35,431 nucleotides of DNA from Patescibacteria group bacterium. GTDB lineage: Bacteria; Patescibacteriota; Minisyncoccia; UBA6257; MFKM01. A program made the position numbers and the translations under genes. The notes below the pieces were generated by a model. That model saw only the letters and a list, made by a program, of their open reading frames with translations, had not been told where the DNA came from and searched no databases. The stretch covers positions 1-35,431 of the forward strand of contig JBBTRS010000007.1 in the NCBI GenBank assembly GCA_038065115.1, in the 5' to 3' direction. Each line of letters opens with the position of its first letter. The first letter of the stretch is position 1. Positions 19,569 through 28,562 of the stretch are shown in pieces.

Positions 19569-19907
19569 TTACATCATTTTTATTTCAACATCAACCCCCG
19601 CCGGCAAGTTGAGGTTTGACAAAGACTCAATGATTTTTTGACTGGGATTAACGATATCTATCAAGCGTTTATGAACCCACATTTCAAATTGCTCCCGCGC
19701 GTCCTTATGGACAAAAGTTGAACGATTAACGGTATAACGGTGAAATTCAGTCGGTAAAGGGACTGGGCCAATCAATTCACCACCTTGACGCTCAACCACC
19801 TCAATGATCTGCCGACAAGAATTATCAATCAATTTATGATCATAGGCTTTGATTTTTAATCTTAATTTTTCCTTGTCTTCTTTTTTGTCGGAAATTTTTT
19901 TTGCCAT
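19569..19907 (-). CDS. rpsJ: 30S ribosomal protein S10
   Basis: LRLKIKAYDH, GPVPLPT, KDAREQFE and LPAGVDVEIK. Start ATG at 19907 is likely. Confidence 0.96.
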   Translation of the reverse strand: MAKKISDKKEDKEKLRLKIKAYDHKLIDNSCRQIIEVVERQGGELIGPVPLPTEFHRYTVNRSTFVHKDAREQFEMWVHKRLIDIVNPSQKIIESLSNLNLPAGVDVEIKMM

Positions 19908-19991
19908 AATTGTTGAAATTTTCAGGCTCATTTTGTAGCGAAGAAAATTTCACTACAGCCGCGAATTCCGCTTACCCTGTCAAAACAGCTT

Positions 19992-21191
19992 TTATTTTAT
20001 TATCTTGGTTACGGCGCCGGCGCCTACGGTCTTTCCTCCTTCTCTGATAGCGAAACGCTGTTTTTCTTCTAAAGCTATCGGAGCGAGAAGTTTAATAGAA
20101 AGATTAACGGTATCGCCTGGCATTACCATTTCCATTCCTTGGGGAAGAGTCGCTTCACCGGTAATATCGCAAGTTCTAATATAAAACTGGGGTTTGTAGC
20201 CGGTAAAAAACGGGGTGTGCCGGCCGCCTTCCTCTTTGCTTAAAATGTAAACACTGGCTTCAAATTCGGTATGCGGCGTAACACTGCCGGTTTTGGCAAT
20301 AACTTGACCGCGTTCCACGTCTTCTTTTTTCAAACCGCGAAGCAAAATACCAACATTTTCACCAGCCTGTCCTTCGTCCAAAATCTTATTGAACATTTCA
20401 ATGCCGGTTACCGTCACTTTGCTGGTCGGATGCAAACCGATTAATTCAACTTCTTCGTTGACCTTGACCATTCCTCGTTCAATTCTGCCGGTTACCACTG
20501 TTCCCCGTCCTTCAATGCTGAAAATATCTTCAACTGGCAAAAGAAACGGTTTGTCAATTTCTCTAACCGGATCGGGAATGTATTCGTCAAGCGCTTTGGC
20601 TAATTCCAAAATCGGTTTACACCATTCGTCGTCAATAGTTTTCGCTTCTAAGGCTTTGAGAGCGGAACCGCGAATAACCGGAATTTCATCGCCCGGGAAA
20701 TCGTATTTTTTCAAAAGCTCTCTGACTTCCGATTCCACCAAATCAATTAATTCTTTATCGTCTACCTGATCAACTTTATTCAAAAAGACTACCATTGTCG
20801 GAACACCGACCTGACGAGCCAAAAGAATATGCTCCCGAGTTTGAGGCATCGGGCCGTCAGCCGCGGAAACCGCCAAAATCGCTCCGTCCATTTGGGCGGA
20901 ACCGGTAATCATGTTTTTGATATAGTCAGCATGCCCCGGACAATCAATGTGGGCGTAGTGTCTTTTTTCGGTTTCGTATTCAGAATGATGAATGGCAATC
21001 GTAATACCCCGAGCTTTTTCTTCGGGAGCATTGTCAATTTGATCAACCGATTCGGCTTTCTGGATAAGACCCTTCAACTGAAGGACGTGCATGATAGCCG
21101 CCGTTAAAGTCGTTTTGCCGTGGTCAATATGACCGATGGTGCCGACATTAACATGGGGTTTGTTTCTAATAAATTTTGCTTTTTCAGCCAT
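19992..21191 (-). CDS. tuf: Elongation factor Tu
   Basis: [21 protein letters not shown] and NKVD. Start ATG at 21191. Confidence 0.98.
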   Translation of the reverse strand: MAEKAKFIRNKPHVNVGTIGHIDHGKTTLTAAIMHVLQLKGLIQKAESVDQIDNAPEEKARGITIAIHHSEYETEKRHYAHIDCPGHADYIKNMITGSAQMDGAILAVSAADGPMPQTREHILLARQVGVPTMVVFLNKVDQVDDKELIDLVESEVRELLKKYDFPGDEIPVIRGSALKALEAKTIDDEWCKPILELAKALDEYIPDPVREIDKPFLLPVEDIFSIEGRGTVVTGRIERGMVKVNEEVELIGLHPTSKVTVTGIEMFNKILDEGQAGENVGILLRGLKKEDVERGQVIAKTGSVTPHTEFEASVYILSKEEGGRHTPFFTGYKPQFYIRTCDITGEATLPQGMEMVMPGDTVNLSIKLLAPIALEEKQRFAIREGGKTVGAGAVTKIIK

Positions 21192-21279
21192 ATTGTTTTT
21201 TTGAAAATTTTTCGCCAAAAGCAAATCGGCTTTTGGTTAAAAAATTCTAGATTTTTAATAATGTAATAACGACCAAGTC

Positions 21280-21308
21280 AGTTTATAGTAAAAAAAATTT
21301 TGTGTCAA
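21280..21308 (-). promoter_or_regulatory. Sigma70-type internal promoter for tuf
   Basis: TTGACA-17 nt-TAAACT on the minus strand. Confidence 0.6.
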
Positions 21309-21310
21309 CA

Positions 21311-23401
21311 CTATTGCTTCTTCCCCTCGGCAATCTGCATAGCAATATTATTGGGCACTTCTTCGTAACTGCTAAACTCCATGGTGAAACTGCCACGGCC
21401 TTGAGTCATTGATCTCAAATTGGTGGCGTAACCGAACATTTCCGACAAAGGCACTTTCGCGTCAATCACATTGGTCCCCAGTCTTTCCGTCAAAGCTTCA
21501 ATTTTGCCTCGGCGGGAATTAAGATCGCCGTTTACCTCGCCCAGAAAATCCGGCGGGGCAATCACCTGAACTTTCATCATCGGCTCCAACAAAATCGTCT
21601 TGGCTCTTTTAGCGGCCTCTTGAAAAGCGATAGAGCCGGCAATTTTAAAAGCCGCTTCCGAAGAATCAACTTCGTGAAAAGAACCGTCATAAAGAGAAAC
21701 TTGAACGTCAACGAAAGGATAACCGGCTAAAACCCCCCTGTCCATGGCTTCTTTGACTCCTTTTTCCACGGCTGGAATAAATTCCGCGGGGATAGTGCCT
21801 CCCTTGATGGCTTTAACAAATTCAAAACCCTTGCCTCGTTCTAAGGGTTCTATCTTCAACCAAACATGGCCGTATTGACCCCGACCGCCGGATTGACGAA
21901 CATATTTGCCTTCGGCTTCGGCCGTTCCCACCACTGTTTCTTTGTAAGCCACTTGAGGCCGGCCGACATTGGCTTCAACACCGAATTCCCGCCTCATTCG
22001 ATCAACGATAATTTCCAAGTGAAGTTCGCCCATTCCCCAAATAAGAGTCTCGCCGGTGTCCGGATCGCCAATCACTCTAAAAGTCGGGTCTTCTTCTTGA
22101 AGCCGATGCAAAGCCAAAGACATTTTTTCCTGGTCAGCTTTAGTTTTTGGCTCAATCCGAATAGAAATGACCGGTTCCGGAAAAACAATTTTTTCTAAGA
22201 TTATAGGCTGATTGGGATCGCAAAGCGTATCTCCAGTGGTGGTATTTTTTAAACCCACGAAAGCGCCAAGATCGCCGGCGTAAATTTCCTCTACTTCTTC
22301 CCGGTGATTAGCGTGCATTCTTAAAATCCGGCCGATTCTTTCCTGATTATTTTTACTAACGTTAAGAATATAGCTTCCTTTTTTCAAAATTCCGGAATAA
22401 ACCCGAAAATAAGTCAAAGAGCCGACAAAAGGATCGGCTGCTATTTTGAAAGCCAAAGCCGCGAAAGGCTGGTCGTCTTTTGGCATCCTTTCTTCTTCTA
22501 TTTGATTTTCCGGATTAATTCCTTTCACCGCCGGCAAATCAAGCGGCGAAGGCAAATAATCAATAACCGCGTCTAAAAGAAACTGAACGCCTTTATTTTT
22601 AAGAGCGCTCCCGCAAAGGATAGGAATCAACTCCCCTTTTAAACAAGCCTTTCTTAGGGCTTTTTGTAAATCCTCAAAGCTAATTTCATGCCCTTCTAAA
22701 TAACGATGTAGTAAGGCATCGTCGGTTTCGGCGATCAATTCCACTAATTTTCCTCTTTTTTCTTCGGCTATCTTTTTAAAATCAGCTGGAATTTCTTTAG
22801 AAATTATTTCCTGTCCGTGTTCGCCTTCAAAATAAAAAGCTTGCTGTTTTAACAAATCAATAACGCCTTCAAATTTTTCTTCCAGGCCAATGGGCCACTG
22901 AAGCACCGCTAGTTTCGGGTGCAAACGATCTTTGATTGATTGCAATACTTTTTCAAAATCCGCTCCCATTCGATCAAGCTTATTGACGAAACAAATTCGC
23001 GGCACTTTATATTTATCAGCCTGCCGCCAAACCGTTTCTGATTGCGGTTCCACGCCGGCCACCCCGTCAAAAACAACTACCCCGCCGTCAAGCACCCGAA
23101 GCGAACGCTGAACTTCAACGGTAAAATCAATATGGCCGGGAGTATCAATGATATTAACCCTATACTCTGCGCCACCGTAAGTCGGTTTCCAATAGCAAGT
23201 TGTGGCCGCCGCCGTTATCGTAATTCCCCTTTCCCGTTCTTGTTCCATCCAATCCATAACGGTATCGCCGGTGTGAACCTCGCCGATTTTATGGGAAATT
23301 CCGGTGTAGAAAAGAATCCGTTCGGAGACGGTTGTTTTTCCGGCATCAATATGGGCAATAATGCCGATATCGCGATATTTTTCTAACGGGTATTGACGCA
23401 T
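21311..23401 (-). CDS. fusA: Elongation factor G
   Basis: [22 protein letters not shown] and GMGELHLEI. Confidence 0.98.
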   Translation of the reverse strand: MRQYPLEKYRDIGIIAHIDAGKTTVSERILFYTGISHKIGEVHTGDTVMDWMEQERERGITITAAATTCYWKPTYGGAEYRVNIIDTPGHIDFTVEVQRSLRVLDGGVVVFDGVAGVEPQSETVWRQADKYKVPRICFVNKLDRMGADFEKVLQSIKDRLHPKLAVLQWPIGLEEKFEGVIDLLKQQAFYFEGEHGQEIISKEIPADFKKIAEEKRGKLVELIAETDDALLHRYLEGHEISFEDLQKALRKACLKGELIPILCGSALKNKGVQFLLDAVIDYLPSPLDLPAVKGINPENQIEEERMPKDDQPFAALAFKIAADPFVGSLTYFRVYSGILKKGSYILNVSKNNQERIGRILRMHANHREEVEEIYAGDLGAFVGLKNTTTGDTLCDPNQPIILEKIVFPEPVISIRIEPKTKADQEKMSLALHRLQEEDPTFRVIGDPDTGETLIWGMGELHLEIIVDRMRREFGVEANVGRPQVAYKETVVGTAEAEGKYVRQSGGRGQYGHVWLKIEPLERGKGFEFVKAIKGGTIPAEFIPAVEKGVKEAMDRGVLAGYPFVDVQVSLYDGSFHEVDSSEAAFKIAGSIAFQEAAKRAKTILLEPMMKVQVIAPPDFLGEVNGDLNSRRGKIEALTERLGTNVIDAKVPLSEMFGYATNLRSMTQGRGSFTMEFSSYEEVPNNIAMQIAEGKKQ

Positions 23402-23405
23402 AAAT

Positions 23406-23440
23406 TAGAATCTAGAATCTAGAATTTAGAATTTAGAATT
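23406..23440. repeat. Heptamer tandem array (TAGAATY)x5 just upstream of fusA
   Basis: tagaatc tagaatc tagaatt tagaatt tagaatt. Confidence 0.85.
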
Positions 23441-23484
23441 TAGGAGATTTTAAAAAACCTAAATACTGAATTCCAATCCCTTTC

Positions 23485-23958
23485 TTACCTCGCAAAGTGA
23501 GCAAACGCCCTATTGGCTTCCGCTATTCTATGCATATCCTGCTTCTTCTTGATAGCCGCTCCTTCGTTTTTGGAAGCGGCGATGATTTCTTCCGCCAAAT
23601 TTTCCGCCATGGTTTTTCCTTTCCGCGATCTGGCTGATTTAATAATCCAATGACCGGCCAAAAAGAATTTTCTTTCCGGTCTTACTTCCATCGGTACCTG
23701 GTAATTAGCCCCTCCAACTCTCCGGGAAACCACCGCTACGATCGGGCTGACATTTTCCAGGGCTTTTTCAAAAACCTTTATTGGTTCCTGCTGGGTTATT
23801 TTTTGAATATTCTTCATAGCCTGATAAAATATTTTTTCGGCCAAAGATTTCTTGCCTTCTATCATCAAATAATTGATAAACCGGCCGGCGGTTAAATTTT
23901 TGTATTCAGTATCGGGTTGGCGTAATTTTCTATTTTTATAAATTTGTTTTTTGCGCAT
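23485..23958 (-). CDS. rpsG: 30S ribosomal protein S7
   Basis: SRRVGGANYQVP and AEANRAFAHF. Confidence 0.98.
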   Translation of the reverse strand: MRKKQIYKNRKLRQPDTEYKNLTAGRFINYLMIEGKKSLAEKIFYQAMKNIQKITQQEPIKVFEKALENVSPIVAVVSRRVGGANYQVPMEVRPERKFFLAGHWIIKSARSRKGKTMAENLAEEIIAASKNEGAAIKKKQDMHRIAEANRAFAHFAR

Positions 23959-23966
23959 ATATCAAT

Positions 23967-24386
23967 TTAAGACTGTTTTTTGGGTCTTTTAGCTCCGTAT
24001 TTTGACCTTTGTTGCTTCCGGCCATCCACTCCCGTGGTATCCAAAATACCGCGAACAATGTGGTATCTCACGCCAGGCAAATCTTTTACCCGGCCGCCAC
24101 GAACCAAAACCACCGAGTGTTCCTGAAGCTGGTGCCCTTCCCCGGGAATATAAGCGGTTACTTCCATTCCGTTGCTTAACCGCACCCGAGCCACTTTTCT
24201 TAAAGCGGAATTCGGTTTTTTGGGGGTAGTGGTAAAAACTTTCAAACAAACTCCCCGCTTAAAAGGCGAGATTGATAAAGTGGGACGATTTTTTAAATTA
24301 TTGAAATAACGCCCCAAGGCCGGGGTTTTCTTTTTTCTAACCGATTTCTTTCTTCCTTTTTTAATTAATTGATGAATCGTGGGCAT
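23967..24386 (-). CDS. rpsL: 30S ribosomal protein S12
   Basis: [22 protein letters not shown] and [13 protein letters not shown]. Confidence 0.98.
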   Translation of the reverse strand: MPTIHQLIKKGRKKSVRKKKTPALGRYFNNLKNRPTLSISPFKRGVCLKVFTTTPKKPNSALRKVARVRLSNGMEVTAYIPGEGHQLQEHSVVLVRGGRVKDLPGVRYHIVRGILDTTGVDGRKQQRSKYGAKRPKKQS

Positions 24387-24387
24387 A

Positions 24388-24534
24388 CCCAGTAGTAGAA
24401 ACTCGATTTAATTAAATTCTTTTTTTTGATGACCTTTGCCAATAAATAAGCTTGGATTGGTTTTCTAAATTATACCCCATAGGAAAACTTTATGAATTTA
24501 ATCTAAAAAAAGCAATCGAGTTTTCACTACTGGG
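24388..24534. mobile_element. MITE-like inverted-repeat element at the rpsL start codon
   Basis: Same ends as the rplN element (CCCAGTAGTAGAAACTCGAT and ATCGAGTTTTCACTACTGGG). CAT (ATG) on both sides, unrelated interior. Confidence 0.75.
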
Positions 24535-24562
24535 CATTGATCTTTAAAATTGATATTCAATA

Positions 24563-24592
24563 AAAATACCAAAAATGTGGAGTGGTTGTCAA
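24563..24592 (-). promoter_or_regulatory. Sigma70-type promoter for the str operon
   Basis: TTGACA-18 nt-TATTTT with TG extension on the minus strand, upstream of the element. Confidence 0.5.
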
Positions 24593-24643
24593 CTCTGCTG
24601 AAAATCGGAATTTTGTTTTAAACTAATACGGCGTAAAACGAGA

Positions 24644-26092
24644 CTAACGCTTGCCTATCCAGAGCGATATTCTTTTTAACCAAAAAAATGGATTTTTCAA
24701 AATAATCAATATTATTCCAAGCGGATCATTCAATAAAATTTCCCAAACCATCTTGTATTTCTGAAATCTTAATAATTTTCTTGTTTCTAAAAATAATTCG
24801 GCGAATTTTTCTTTGTCTATTTTTTCGTCCAACAAGAGAGGGTTGTGGCAGGAATAAAGAGACAGCTTGGTAAAATCCATTTCCTCGCTGACTTTTTTTT
24901 GATTTCTGGCAATTTCCCAAAATTCCCCTCCGGGGTAAGGCGTAGCGACGAACAAAAAAAGATAAGCGCCTTTTTTGACCGCTTTTTTAATAAACTCGTA
25001 AGTTTCTTTCATGTCTTCCAGGGTTTCCTCGGGAATGCCCATCATCAGACTTCCGAAAACTTTTATTTTATGACGCAAAGAAATTTCAATGGCTTTTAAA
25101 TTAATTTCCGGGCTGGCCGTTGGTCCTTTCAGCCACTGAAGAACTTTTTTAGAGCCGCTTTCAAAACCAAATTGAAGAATTTTTATATTAAGTTTGCGGC
25201 AAATCTCGCCCATTTCGTCATCAATGGTGTTGGCTCTCGCCTGGGCGGTAGTTGTTATCCCTTCCAATAAATTTTCCTTTTCGCAGAGTCTGGCAATTTC
25301 CCTCAAACGATTTCTGTCCATAGTAAAAAGATCGTCGCAAAATAATAAATGCTTAATTTTAAAATTTTCTTTGAGATATTTGATATGCGACACTATGTAT
25401 TGAGGCGAGTGAAATCTGGTTAAACCGCTTCCCCAAAAAGCGGAAGTGGCGCAAAAGCGACAACGGAAAGGACAACCGCGAGAAGTTAAAATCCAACCTC
25501 GTCTAGCGAGCTTTCCGATTCCAATAATCGGTTTCGGCTCAAAATATCTTTTATCCGCGTATTCATAATCCAAGGGAGGAATTTCGTCTAGATTTTTTAC
25601 GAACTCCCTTTGAACGGTTATTTCTATTTTTCCATTCTCGTTCCAAAAAGCGATTCCTTTGATTTTTCTTAAATCCGCCGGATTAAATTTTTGTTTTTCT
25701 TGGTATAGGCAAACAAGCTCTTTAAATGTCTCTTCGCCTTCTCCGACAACGCCAACATCAAAGCAAGTTCTTAAAGAATTTGGCAATAAAGAAATATGGA
25801 CTCCGCCTATTATGACGGGAATACGGAGAGCTTCTTTTATGGCTTTAGCGCATTCACTCGCTTCTTCGTAATGAATAGTCATAGCGCTAATTCCCGCTAA
25901 ATCCGGTTTATATTCCCGAACCTCCGCCATAACGTCTCCGAAGTTTTTATCTATAATCTTGGTGCTTCTGAATCCGATTTTTTTCTCTAAATAAGTGGCA
26001 AGATAAAGAAGCCCGAAAGGGGGTTGTCGGTCGCCTTCATTCTGTAAAGTAATTAAGGCTAATTTTGCCTCATTTTTTTTAACCATTTTCAT
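24644..26092 (-). CDS. B12-binding domain radical SAM protein
   Basis: PPFGLLYLATYL, GGVH and GEGE in the cobalamin-binding domain. SRGCPFRCRFC (CxxxCxxC), DDLF and GFESGS. Confidence 0.93.
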   Translation of the reverse strand: MKMVKKNEAKLALITLQNEGDRQPPFGLLYLATYLEKKIGFRSTKIIDKNFGDVMAEVREYKPDLAGISAMTIHYEEASECAKAIKEALRIPVIIGGVHISLLPNSLRTCFDVGVVGEGEETFKELVCLYQEKQKFNPADLRKIKGIAFWNENGKIEITVQREFVKNLDEIPPLDYEYADKRYFEPKPIIGIGKLARRGWILTSRGCPFRCRFCATSAFWGSGLTRFHSPQYIVSHIKYLKENFKIKHLLFCDDLFTMDRNRLREIARLCEKENLLEGITTTAQARANTIDDEMGEICRKLNIKILQFGFESGSKKVLQWLKGPTASPEINLKAIEISLRHKIKVFGSLMMGIPEETLEDMKETYEFIKKAVKKGAYLFLFVATPYPGGEFWEIARNQKKVSEEMDFTKLSLYSCHNPLLLDEKIDKEKFAELFLETRKLLRFQKYKMVWEILLNDPLGIILIILKNPFFWLKRISLWIGKR

Positions 26093-26107
26093 TCTCCGCT
26101 AATCCGA

Positions 26108-26731
26108 TTATCCGCCCATAATAACCATTGAGAGCCGATAAACCAGAGGAATTAAATACGGGAAAATAAAAACAATCCAAGTCAGCGTCAAAAATAAATA
26201 GTTTGTTGCTAAAAAATTTTTAATCCCGTTAAATTTGTCCGGCAAAAGAGAAAAAACTAAATGATGTCCGTCAAAAGGAGGAAAAGGGGCTAAATTAAAA
26301 AGAGCGAACAAAACGTTCAAAAAAACGATTATGGATAATAATGACAAGAGATTGGGAGACAGCAATTCAAAAAAATTCAATGACCTGATTAATAACCCGA
26401 AAATAATCGCCAAGCTAATGTTTGACAAAGGCCCGGCCAATCCCGTCAGCATGGTCCCCTTTTTTACATTTCGAAAATTATTGGGATTAAAAGGAACCGG
26501 TTTGGCGTAACAAATTATAAAATTGCTCTGAAATAAAATAAGAGATAAAGGCAAGATCACCGTGCCGAACGGGTCAATGTGTTTTAAAGGATTAAAACTC
26601 AACCGGCCGGCCAATTTTGCCGTTGAATCTCCCAGCTTGTAAGCGGCTAATCCGTGGGAAACCTCGTGAACCACTAAAGACGCGTATAAGACAATCAATT
26701 GAAAAATTTGAAGGGAAATGTCAGACATTCT
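26108..26731 (-). CDS. Site-2 protease family (M50) zinc metalloprotease
   Basis: HEVSHG, GRLSFNPLKHID, AGPLSN and FNLAPFPPFDG. Start ATG at 26731 is likely. Confidence 0.93.
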   Translation of the reverse strand, partial: RMSDISLQIFQLIVLYASLVVHEVSHGLAAYKLGDSTAKLAGRLSFNPLKHIDPFGTVILPLSLILFQSNFIICYAKPVPFNPNNFRNVKKGTMLTGLAGPLSNISLAIIFGLLIRSLNFFELLSPNLLSLLSIIVFLNVLFALFNLAPFPPFDGHHLVFSLLPDKFNGIKNFLATNYLFLTLTWIVFIFPYLIPLVYRLSMVIMGG

Positions 26732-26760
26732 GATTAATATACTAACATCGTCATTATTTA

Positions 26761-26789
26761 TTGACAATCGGGCTTATTGGAAATAGAAT
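26761..26789 (+). promoter_or_regulatory. Sigma70-type promoter for rpmB and tRNA-Pro
   Basis: TTGACA-17 nt-TAGAAT. Confidence 0.7.
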
Positions 26790-26834
26790 AAATGAAATTC
26801 GTATTTTTATATTAATCTTTATTTCGTAAAAACT

Positions 26835-27035
26835 ATGAAATGTTATTTCTGTGAAAAAGTATCAATTATGGGGATGGGCCGGAAAAAACTGCGCGGGAAG
26901 TACAATCCCACTGAAAAAACTAAAAAACATCCCAATTTACAATGGGCTAAATTGCCCGCTGGCAGTCTGCTCGCCGGTAAAAGAATAAAAGCCTGCACCC
27001 GCTGCATCAAAACCCTGACTAAATCTAAATCTTAA
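26835..27035 (+). CDS. rpmB: 50S ribosomal protein L28
   Basis: N-terminal CxxC, PNLQW and C-terminal CTRCIKT, typical of zinc-type L28. Confidence 0.85.
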   Translation: MKCYFCEKVSIMGMGRKKLRGKYNPTEKTKKHPNLQWAKLPAGSLLAGKRIKACTRCIKTLTKSKS

Positions 27036-27051
27036 AATAAACAAGGTTTCG

Positions 27052-27104
27052 CGGGCTGTAGTATGCCGGCAGCCTGCCTGCCACAGGCAGGCACGCATGC
27101 ATGG
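27052..27104 (+). pseudogene. Diverged duplicate 5' half of tRNA-Pro(GGG) with palindrome insertion
   Basis: CGGGCTGTAGTATGCCGGCAG[CCTGCCTGCCACAGGCAGG]CACGCATGCATGG aligns with CGGGGCGTAGTATATTGGTAG-TACGTATGCATGG of the intact gene. Confidence 0.7.
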
Positions 27105-27120
27105 CCCAACACTAAAATTT

Positions 27121-27194
27121 CGGGGCGTAGTATATTGGTAGTACGTATGCATGGGGTGCATATAGGCCGAGTTCGATTCTCGGCGCCCCGACCA
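27121..27194 (+). tRNA. tRNA-Pro(GGG)
   Basis: CGGGGCG/CGCCCCG acceptor stem, TATGC-ATGGGGT-GCATA anticodon arm, CCGAG-TTCGATT-CTCGG T arm and ACCA end. Confidence 0.92.
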
Positions 27195-27270
27195 AGTTAG
27201 GCATTTTATTTATCATCGGGGGTCTCAATTTTTGATTGGGATTTTTTTATTTTATTGATATAATAAGAAA

Positions 27271-28227
27271 ATGGATAACTCGACGCCAATCAGAATTTCC
27301 CCGAAGCATGTTTTCCTTCATTTGTTCGCCATTATCATGCTTTATTCAAGCGCGGCTAATCTCCTGACTCTTATTTTCCAATACATAAACGTTTTGGCGC
27401 CGGACAGTCTCTCCCAAATCGGATATGACCAGACTTCTCGTTATCAAGACTTGATAAGATTTTCAATTTCTTTCATCGTTATCGTTTTTCCCGCTTTGGT
27501 TTGGATTTCTTGGTTTCTGGACAAAAATTATAAAAAAGAGCCCGAGGTAAGAAATATGAAAATAAGAAAATGGCTTATTTACTTCACTCTTTTTATAGCG
27601 GGTCTTATTATAATCGGCGACCTAATAGGCATTATTCGGAGTTTTCTGGGAGGCGAAATCACAATCCGCTTTATCTTGAAATCTCTTTCCGTGTTTTTCT
27701 TGGCTGGCCTAATTTTTGGTTATTATCTTTGGGACTCAAGAAGGGAATTTCCTTCCGCGAATAAAAAACTGAAATATTTTGTTTGGATTGTTTCCGGCCT
27801 GGTAACAGCTGTCGTTATAACCGGATTTTTCGTTATCGGTTCTCCCGCCAAAGAAAGAACCAGGCGCTTTGATCAGCAAAGAGTAAATAATCTGCAAAAT
27901 ATCCAGTTTGAAATCGTAAATTATTGGATCAATAAAAGAGTTCTGCCCGAAAACCTTTCCGCTCTGGAAAATAGCATTAGCGGCTACAAAGCGCCAACAG
28001 ACCCCCAAACCAACGAGCCATACGCTTACAGCGTCAAAGGCTCCGAATCATTTGAATTATGCGCCGTCTTTAGTCTGGCTGATAATTTCCCTCAAAATTT
28101 AGAGCCAAGAGCGGTAAAACCGATAGAAGGCGGCTATGGTCAAAACTGGCAGCATAACGCCGGAAAAACATGCTTTGAAAGAAAGATAGACAAAGAATTA
28201 TATCCTTTAAGAGAGAGGGGCGATTAA
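27271..28227 (+). CDS. Multi-pass membrane protein (DUF5671-like) with C-terminal pilin/GspG-like segment
   Basis: PKHVFLHL, IRKWLIYFTLF, FLGGEITIRF, then R..RFDQQRV..L..IQ..I..Y and DP.T..PY.Y...FELCA.F. Confidence 0.7.
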   Translation: MDNSTPIRISPKHVFLHLFAIIMLYSSAANLLTLIFQYINVLAPDSLSQIGYDQTSRYQDLIRFSISFIVIVFPALVWISWFLDKNYKKEPEVRNMKIRKWLIYFTLFIAGLIIIGDLIGIIRSFLGGEITIRFILKSLSVFFLAGLIFGYYLWDSRREFPSANKKLKYFVWIVSGLVTAVVITGFFVIGSPAKERTRRFDQQRVNNLQNIQFEIVNYWINKRVLPENLSALENSISGYKAPTDPQTNEPYAYSVKGSESFELCAVFSLADNFPQNLEPRAVKPIEGGYGQNWQHNAGKTCFERKIDKELYPLRERGD

Positions 28228-28243
28228 TCTCCGGATATTAAAC

Positions 28244-28453
28244 CAGGGTGTAGCTTAATACGGGCAGAGCTCTCGGCTTGCCCCCACACTAATTAATGGA
28301 CAGCTATTCTTTCCGGAGCCAAAGTTGTATTCAAAATAACAAAAGCTATATTGGTTTGGCTATGTTTATAGAATACATTTTGCTTCGCAATCCACTATTA
28401 GTGTGGGGGCTTGAGGCCGAAAGATGAAGGTTCAAATCCTTCCATCCTGACCA
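28244..28453 (+). tRNA. Interrupted tRNA with Pro-like body and reconstructed anticodon TGA (possibly pseudogene)
   Basis: 5' part CAGGGTGTAGCTTAATACGGGCAGAGCTCTCGGCTTG and 3' part AGGCCGAAAGATGAAGGTTCAAATCCTTCCATCCTGACCA. Acceptor, D and T stems pair. 133 extra nt lie in the anticodon loop. Confidence 0.75.
28281..28409. mobile_element. 129-bp inverted-repeat element in the tRNA anticodon loop
   Basis: Perfect 13-bp ends CCCCCACACTAAT and ATTAGTGTGGGGG, extendable imperfectly. CTTG direct repeat at 28277-28280 and 28410-28413. Confidence 0.8.
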
Positions 28454-28474
28454 AGCTCTTTAAAATATTTTTTA

Positions 28475-28499
28475 AAAACCTCCGCTTGAAGGAGGTTTT
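28475..28499 (+). terminator. Intrinsic terminator after the interrupted tRNA
   Basis: AAAACCTCC-GCTTGAA-GGAGGTTTT. Confidence 0.7.
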
Positions 28500-28562
28500 A
28501 TTTATTTCGGCGATAAAATTGCCGAAATTTATTGAGAATTATTAGTTTAAAATTATTTTTAT

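Noticed and set aside
14941-23440. CRISPR interpretation of the repeats
   Set aside because: No regularly spaced repeat-spacer array and no cas genes.
28281-28413. Group I or archaeal-type intron call for the tRNA insert
   Set aside because: Too short, no recognisable catalytic core, no U|...G junction in any register and no clear bulge-helix-bulge motif.
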